NCBI RefSeq assembly: GCF_000341895.1
Contig: NC_020409.1
Span: 2,850,001-2,882,000, forward strand
Length of the DNA stretch: 32,000 nucleotides
Source of the DNA: Pseudodesulfovibrio piezophilus C1TLV30
GTDB taxonomy: Bacteria; Desulfobacterota; Desulfovibrionia; Desulfovibrionales; Desulfovibrionaceae
Direction: 5' to 3'
The notes under the pieces are model-generated. The model was given only the letters and a program-made list of their open reading frames with translations, searched no databases and had not been told where the DNA came from. Position numbers and translations under genes: made by a program. Shown here in pieces: positions 8,053 to 12,478 of this stretch. Each line of letters opens with the position of its first letter. Positions within the stretch are counted from its first letter, which is position 1.

Positions 8053-8620
8053 GCAGGGCCGGCGGGTCGCCAAGTATTTCAACGGCCAACTTGTCGAGGC
8101 CTATGGGTGGCTCGACTTCATCCGGCTCGGCGCGTTCCACGACGGGCGCATGAGATACGAGTTCGGCTACGCGGATAACGCACGCCTTCCCTCGGCCATG
8201 CGGCGCGAAGATGGGGCCGTCTTCCCCCTGCACTACGACCAGGTCGGTTCTCTGCGTGTGGTTGCCGACGCGGATGGCGACGTGATAAAGGAAATCCTGT
8301 ACGATCCCTTCGGCGGGACCATTGAGGACACCAACCCCGGTTTCCGCGTCCCCCTCGGCTTTGCGGGCGGTCTGCACGACTGGGATTTGGGCTTCGTCCG
8401 CTTCGGTTGGCGGGACTACGACACCTTCACCGGCCGGTGGACCGCGCCTGATCCCATCGGGGACAAGGGCGGCGATCCGGATTGGTATGGCTATTGCCTC
8501 GATGATCCGGTCAACGGGGTGGACCCGTTGGGGCTGGAAGGCGGATTTTGGGGAGGAATGAAAAAAAATCGGAGCTGGGTTCGGAGAATTGTGGGACAAG
8601 ACCCCTGCGGGTATAGGTGA
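7913..8620 (+). CDS. Second Rhs-core protein (last ~200 aa of the core only) with its own start codon; ends at an in-frame TGA
   Basis: MKKEEN then GFRSIWSNGDMYHLYEYAPDCRLLK...YDQVGSLRVVADADGDVIKEILYDPFGG...FGWRDYDTFTGRWTAPDP...WYGYCLDDPVNGVDPLGL (DPLGL = 8522..8536). It is collinear with residues from GFRSIW onward of the 6481 protein. Confidence 0.8.
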   Translation: MKKEENGFRSIWSNGDMYHLYEYAPDCRLLKMEVENQNRVFTFCHDEQGRRVAKYFNGQLVEAYGWLDFIRLGAFHDGRMRYEFGYADNARLPSAMRREDGAVFPLHYDQVGSLRVVADADGDVIKEILYDPFGGTIEDTNPGFRVPLGFAGGLHDWDLGFVRFGWRDYDTFTGRWTAPDPIGDKGGDPDWYGYCLDDPVNGVDPLGLEGGFWGGMKKNRSWVRRIVGQDPCGYR

Positions 8621-8956
8621 GGCGTTACCAAGGGGACGAAGGGTGCTGGAGAAGCACTGAGCAAGACGGCGGAGGCCTTTGCAACCAACAAGGATTTGCA
8701 AAAATATACGGCGATATCCTTGGTGGCAGGTGCGCTGCCCATTGTTGCAGCCGTCGGCACGGCAGCAACACCAGCCATAGCCGGTGCTGCCATGCAGCAC
8801 CCGGATAAGCTGGCTGCCGGTTCAAAGGCCATTGTAGATATAGCTTCTGGCTGGTTTGATCCGGGGCCGCCTCCGGCCTCGGTACCCGGTTATGCCGGGA
8901 GTGGTGCCAAATGGATGTACGACAAATATAAAGAAAAAAGTAGGGAGACTACATGA
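8621..8956 (+). pseudogene. In-frame continuation of the second Rhs tip beyond the TGA at 8618-8620 (Ala/Gly-rich hydrophobic toxin-like tip); either interrupted or recoded
   Basis: Same frame as 7913..8620. Hand translation after the TGA: GVTKGTKGAGEALSKTAEAFATNKDLQKYTAISLVAGALPIVAAVGTAATPAIAGAAMQHPDKLAAGSKAIVDIASGWFDPGPPPASVPGYAGSGAKWMYDKYKEKSRETT*. The ORF-track start at 8696 is TTG, and the first in-frame ATG lies well inside the hydrophobic segment (within AAMQHP). Confidence 0.5.
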
Positions 8957-9147
8957 AAATCAAGCCAGCAGAGATCGTCATGGGGATTATACTGGTCTCT
9001 ATGGGCGTGATGGGCATGGGCGAAAAGGAATTGTTTCATTACGATGTTTCTATTCCATACCCGGAAGTCTTCAGTGCCGCGTGCTTGGTTGCCGGGATTG
9101 TTTGGCTTGTTGTTCCTTGGTTTCTTACATCTCGGAAAAAGCAATAA
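8953..9147 (+). CDS. Small 2-TM membrane protein, candidate immunity protein for the preceding tip
   Basis: 64 aa: MKIKPAEIVMGIILVSMGVMGMG...AACLVAGIVWLVVPWFLTSRKKQ, with two hydrophobic helices. Its ATG overlaps the upstream stop (ATGA, 8953-8956). Confidence 0.65.
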   Translation: MKIKPAEIVMGIILVSMGVMGMGEKELFHYDVSIPYPEVFSAACLVAGIVWLVVPWFLTSRKKQ

Positions 9148-9213
9148 CAATTGCAAAGGCCTTTGACGGACTCGTTGTTGGGGCCTTTGACTTAGCTTAC
9201 TGGTTTATTTTGA

Positions 9214-9245
9214 AAGGGCTGCCTCGGCAGCCCTTGTCCGTTTTA
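9214..9245 (+). terminator. Candidate Rho-independent terminator after the immunity-like gene
   Basis: Stem AAGGGCTG (9214-9221) / CAGCCCTT (9228-9235), followed by GTCCGTTTTA. Confidence 0.5.
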
Positions 9246-9305
9246 TCCCTTGTCAGCATCGCCGAAATAAGGGCGGTTCCTGCAAATCGGTCGAATTTGG
9301 CCAAA

Positions 9306-9333
9306 CCGGACCGAAACATGGCTTTCGGTCCGG
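9306..9333. other. Perfect 11-bp stem-loop in the non-coding spacer
   Basis: CCGGACCGAAA (9306-9316) / TTTCGGTCCGG (9323-9333), loop CATGGC. Confidence 0.6.
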
Positions 9334-9363
9334 TTCCGGCAAACGTGTCAATTTCGTGGAACT

Positions 9364-9394
9364 GGTCGTTTTTGATCAAGAACGACCGTTTTTT
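9364..9394 (+). terminator. Candidate Rho-independent terminator inside the non-coding spacer
   Basis: Stem GGTCGTT (9364-9370) / AACGACC (9381-9387), followed by GTTTTTT (9388-9394). Confidence 0.55.
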
Positions 9395-9544
9395 CAATGT
9401 CCGATCCGGCGATCTGAAAGAGTTGTCAGCAAGCCCAAGAAAAGGATTCAAAGATTGTCATCAACTGTTCGGACGCCCCCGAGCTAATCGGTATCGCCAA
9501 AAACGGAAGTTGTTGGCGCGCAACGCGAGACAATCTTTCTCCTC

Positions 9545-9633
9545 GCCGGAAAGGGTACTCCTAACCATTTCGCCCCACCCCCGGACGATCAGATTTGTCG
9601 TGCGCGGCTAGAAAGAATGAAAAAGGATGAAAA
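9545..9633 (+). repeat. Cassette leader repeat, copy 2
   Basis: GCCGGAAAGGGTACTCCTAACCATTTCGCCCCACCCCCGGACGATCAGATTTGTCGTGCGCGGCTAGAAAGAATGAAAAAGGATGAAAA. 78/89 identical to 7841..7929. Contains ATG 9617. Confidence 0.85.
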
Positions 9634-9988
9634 AGAGAAGGTTGTACCAGGAAATCAGCAGAAAACGCAGGGCTCTCAAAAAAAGGGAAAAGGACTGTTG
9701 AGCTACCAATTCGTATCAGATGGGAAAGTGATTGCCGATGGGCTCACGCATCCTGTGACTCGTCGAGGATGGAGTGGAAGCGACGACTACTCGGTGCCAC
9801 TGATCATGGTCTTCGATCTGCCATTCCCCGGAGCATCAGACAGTCTGATGCTAGGTTTGGAAGTTGTTGAGCCATTTTCATTTATGGAGGAGTACAAGGG
9901 GCAAACGTCGATAGTAATCACACCAAATTATGAGCCAAAGGCTGGCAAATGTTATGACGAAGATCTGCGAATTAAGCAGTCAAAGTAG
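9617..9988 (+). CDS. Hypothetical 123-aa protein of the third cassette (Lys/Gln-rich N-terminus, then a compact domain); no recognisable family
   Basis: ORF track. It starts MKKDEK inside leader copy 2, paralleling MKKEEN of the 7913 ORF, then diverges completely. No TM segment and no YD repeats. Confidence 0.55.
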   Translation: MKKDEKEKVVPGNQQKTQGSQKKGKGLLSYQFVSDGKVIADGLTHPVTRRGWSGSDDYSVPLIMVFDLPFPGASDSLMLGLEVVEPFSFMEEYKGQTSIVITPNYEPKAGKCYDEDLRIKQSK

Positions 9989-10010
9989 ATAGTCTGTTAA
10001 GTTGCAGGCG

Positions 10011-10154
10011 ATGAAAAATGTACACCAGATCATAGGGGCAGGAGTTGTTTTCGGACTTGTATCGCTGTGGTTTGGGCTGACATCTGGAGTCGTTGTTGGC
10101 CTCGTTGCCTATCTAGGTCTGAGAGTTGCAACAAAGCAGATAAAAGCAGACTAA
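10011..10154 (+). CDS. 47-aa hydrophobic small protein, copy B
   Basis: Hand-found: MKNVHQIIGAGVVFGLVSLWFGLTSGVVVGLVAYLGLRVATKQIKAD. 38/47 aa identical to copy A (7667..7810). Half of the differing codons are synonymous. Confidence 0.8.
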   Translation: MKNVHQIIGAGVVFGLVSLWFGLTSGVVVGLVAYLGLRVATKQIKAD

Positions 10155-10158
10155 AAAA

Positions 10159-11441
10159 GGTTCATCCGGCTAAGGCATACTTCGCTTTGTGAATTTTCAT
10201 GATCCTGAGCTTGAAGCACTCGGTGTCCCGATAGCCATAGGCTTGCCGTTCTTCGATTGGGCCTGATGAGATGGGGGTATCGTAGTAAGCGAGAATGTCG
10301 AAATGGTATGCGGCAAGCGCCTTCGCCATACCCCGCAAAGGGCGTATCTCAGAGGCTTCGGCCCCGACGATCCAGTCATTGATGATCTTCTCTGCCGTCT
10401 CCTTGTCCGGCTGGGACCAGAGTTGACGCAAGTCCTCTTTCAGATAGTAGTCTGTCGCCAAAGGTTTGTTCAGCCGCAGCGCTTCATCCAAGCGTTCCTT
10501 TTCATCGCGGTTTTCATCCAGATTTTCCGGGTTTTTCAGAAGAATCCATCAAGTCCCTTTGACCGCCTTCCTTTCAAGTGGCGAGGTGAGTTCCCGGAAG
10601 AGCTGGCGACGTATCTGTGTAATCTTTTCATTCATCAGCTTGACCACATGAAACCGGTCAAACACGACAGCCGTGTTCGGTAGGTTCTCCATGACTGCGC
10701 TGATATAACCGGCGTTCATGTCCTTCGCTACAGCCGGAATTTTGGCTCTTGTCTTCTTGAGACGTTCCCGGAACGGGAGGAGTGTTTCACGGCTTTGACC
10801 TTCGCCAACAAAAACGACTGCGTCGTTTTCAAAGTCCATAACCAATGTTAAAGACTTTTGCCCCTTCCGGACACTGATTTTGTCGATGGCGATATACTTG
10901 AGCTCCCCCAGCTTGGGCTTTGAGAAGCGGTGAACCAGATATCGCTTGAAGATTGATTTGATGGTATCCCACCCAACACCGATCAGGTCAGCCACATCTT
11001 GTATTGTCATCATTTTTGCCAGGGCGAGAGCATATCACTCAAAAGCTTTCGTATACCAGTTCCTGGAGTCGGCGATCTGAATGTGATCAAGCGAATGATG
11101 CCGCAAGTGCGACATCCTACCGGTTAGACAGGAATAACCAGCCAGACAGGCTTGAAACCGATGGGCACAGTCTGAACCCATCGCTCAGCAAAGCCGTAGC
11201 GAATGATGTCTCTGGAATGGCAGCAAGGGCAACGAATCAAGTCGTCCTTGAGCTGTACTTTCAGGATAATGTTGCCTGCGATGAAATCCTGTCGAACATG
11301 GTCGTAGCCTCGCAGGCCGAACGCATGGCAGATGAAACTCGTGGACATGGCGATAACTCCCTCCGCTGGTCGGTGATGCTTCCAACGGTTGGAGGCCATG
11401 TCCTTTCATTTTGTCAAAAGTACGCTTGAACCGGATGTACC
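10159..11441 (-). mobile_element. Decayed ISL3-family insertion sequence
   Basis: Imperfect terminal inverted repeats: GGTTCATCCGGCTAAGGC (10159-10176) versus the reverse complement of 11424-11441, GGTACATCCGGTTCAAGC (14/18). AAAAGG is present on both flanks (10155-10160 / 11443-11448), so the exact ends are ambiguous by 2 nt. The interior carries a fragmented ISL3 transposase. Confidence 0.75.
10162..11399 (-). pseudogene. ISL3-family transposase, broken into at least three frames or segments
   Basis: The N-terminal zf-ISL3-like piece is 11124..11399 (...LIRCPCCHSRDIIRYGFAERWVQTVPIGFKPVWL). The DDE core is 10549..11013 (IAIDKISVRKGQKSLTLVMDFEND...AVAKDMNAGYISAV...VVFDRFHVVKLMNEKI). The C-terminal piece is 10162..10491 (...ISSGPIEERQAYGYRDTECFKLRIMKIHKAKYALAG). 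That last piece lacks the usual GxNNKIK segment. In-frame stops separate the pieces. Confidence 0.8.
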
Positions 11442-11470
11442 CAAAAGGGACGTAAACGTCCGTATTAGTC

Positions 11471-11797
11471 TCATACTGTTCTGATCTCTAATACTTTGAG
11501 ATGATCTCTTACTGAATCCATGCCGCGAACATATCGCTCGGTGATTTTCAGATTCTTATGTCTGAGCGTGTCCCGAATTGCGACCACAGGCACGTCATGC
11601 TTGGCGAGTCTTGAGGCTGTAAGTCCTCGGATGCCAGGACAACCAAACTTTTTCTCCTCTGCTTCGTCGCACAAGGCTTATGGTAATTTCCGGTTCTCAG
11701 TGTATGGCTTTCCTTGGTGTTGTCCTTTGGGTTGAATGAAGACCCATTTATTGACCGTTGTGGTGCGGTGCTTTTTGAGGGCTTCGGTCAACTCCAT
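11471..11797 (-). pseudogene. Tyrosine recombinase (phage-type integrase) C-terminal remnant with an in-frame stop
   Basis: Hand translation: MELTEALKKHRTTTVNKWVFIQPKGQHQGKPYTENRKLP*ALCDEAEEKKFGCPGIRGLTASRLAKHDVPVVAIRDTLRHKNLKITERYVRGMDSV.... It retains an LRH...ERY (His/Tyr) box, but the first HxxR His is replaced (PGIR). TAA at 11680-11678. No N-terminal SAM-like or core-binding domain. Confidence 0.6.
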
Positions 11798-11938
11798 GTC
11801 TTCTGTCCGAACAACTGGACCACCTTTCTGAGCTACTCAGATACTCAAGCCCCATTTTGGGGTGGGGGTATCTAATTATTCTTTCAGCAATATGTCCTCC
11901 AAAACAAGATTAGCTCAGTTGTAATTCGTTCAAAAAAA

Positions 11939-12478
11939 ATGTACGGGAAACCGATGCTATCAGAGTTATTCACATCAAAAACAAGAATAAAAGTGCTGCT
12001 TAAGCTTTTTTTGAACCCAGAAGTATCTTGTTATCTTAGGGGATTAGCTGCTGAGTTTTCTCAGTCTCCCAATGCGCTTAAGTGTGAATTGGATCGGTTG
12101 AGTGAAGCGGGGTATTTGGAACGAGAGAAAAAAGGGCGAAGCGTCTACTTCAAGGCAAATAAAGCTCATCCTTTCTTCCCGGAAATCAGCTCCATTGTTC
12201 GTAAGACTTGCGGTATAGATAAATTAGTTAATGAGGTTGTTTCTAGCTTAGGAGATGTTCATGCAGTTTATATTTTGGATGACTATGCTCAAGGAAATGA
12301 TTCTGGATTGATTGATGCTTTGATTGTCGGAAACATAGATAAAAGTCGTTTAGATGAGCTTCGTAGTATTGTGGAAAGTAAAGTGGGGAGAAAGGTGCGC
12401 ACCATGGATGTAAACCCAGAAGAATTTGAAGAGAGTCGGAGTGTGTTTTTGAGTAGGCCGAATTGGAAGGTTTTATAG
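11939..12478 (+). CDS. Winged-helix (ArsR-like) transcriptional regulator with a C-terminal nucleotidyltransferase-fold-like domain
   Basis: 179 aa. N-terminal part: TRIKVLLKLFLNPEVSCYLRGLAAEFSQSPNALKCELDRLSEAGYLEREKKGRSVYF (wHTH). C-terminal part: VHAVYILDDYAQGNDSGLIDALIVGNID, resembling a degenerate minimal NTase strand-loop-strand. Confidence 0.6.
   Translation: MYGKPMLSELFTSKTRIKVLLKLFLNPEVSCYLRGLAAEFSQSPNALKCELDRLSEAGYLEREKKGRSVYFKANKAHPFFPEISSIVRKTCGIDKLVNEVVSSLGDVHAVYILDDYAQGNDSGLIDALIVGNIDKSRLDELRSIVESKVGRKVRTMDVNPEEFEESRSVFLSRPNWKVL

Noticed and set aside
8618-8680. Selenocysteine recoding of the in-frame TGA at 8618-8620.
   Set aside because: Only a weak 5-bp hairpin (GTGCT/AGCAC, about 24 nt downstream) is visible, with no convincing SECIS-like apical loop. 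A Sec residue in a toxin linker has no rationale. This is kept only as a low-probability alternative within the finding.
7718-8832. Long minus-strand ORFs 7718..8800 (360 aa) and 8491..8832.
   Set aside because: They are antisense to the Rhs-core coding sequence. Such shadows are typical of GC-rich DNA, and the Rhs frame is supported by motifs and by the synonymous-substitution pattern.
8856-9611. The 251-aa plus-strand ORF, and the 84-aa minus-strand ORF 9197..9451.
   Set aside because: They run through three strong hairpins and terminators and overlap better-supported genes. Their composition is arbitrary.
6119-11850. Integron-like cassette array associated with the tyrosine recombinase remnant.
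   Set aside because: The recombinase is convergent with the cassettes, not divergent from them. No attC-like imperfect palindromes with RYYYAAC/GTTRRRY cores were seen at cassette ends. The conserved element lies at the 5' rather than the 3' side of the cassettes.
6119-11940. att-site direct repeat of the tRNA-Asp 3' end marking an island boundary.
   Set aside because: I scanned by eye for GGCTCCGCCA and TTCGAGTCTCG-like strings around 9150-9560 and 11400-11940 and found none. This cannot be excluded without a computed search, or beyond the window.
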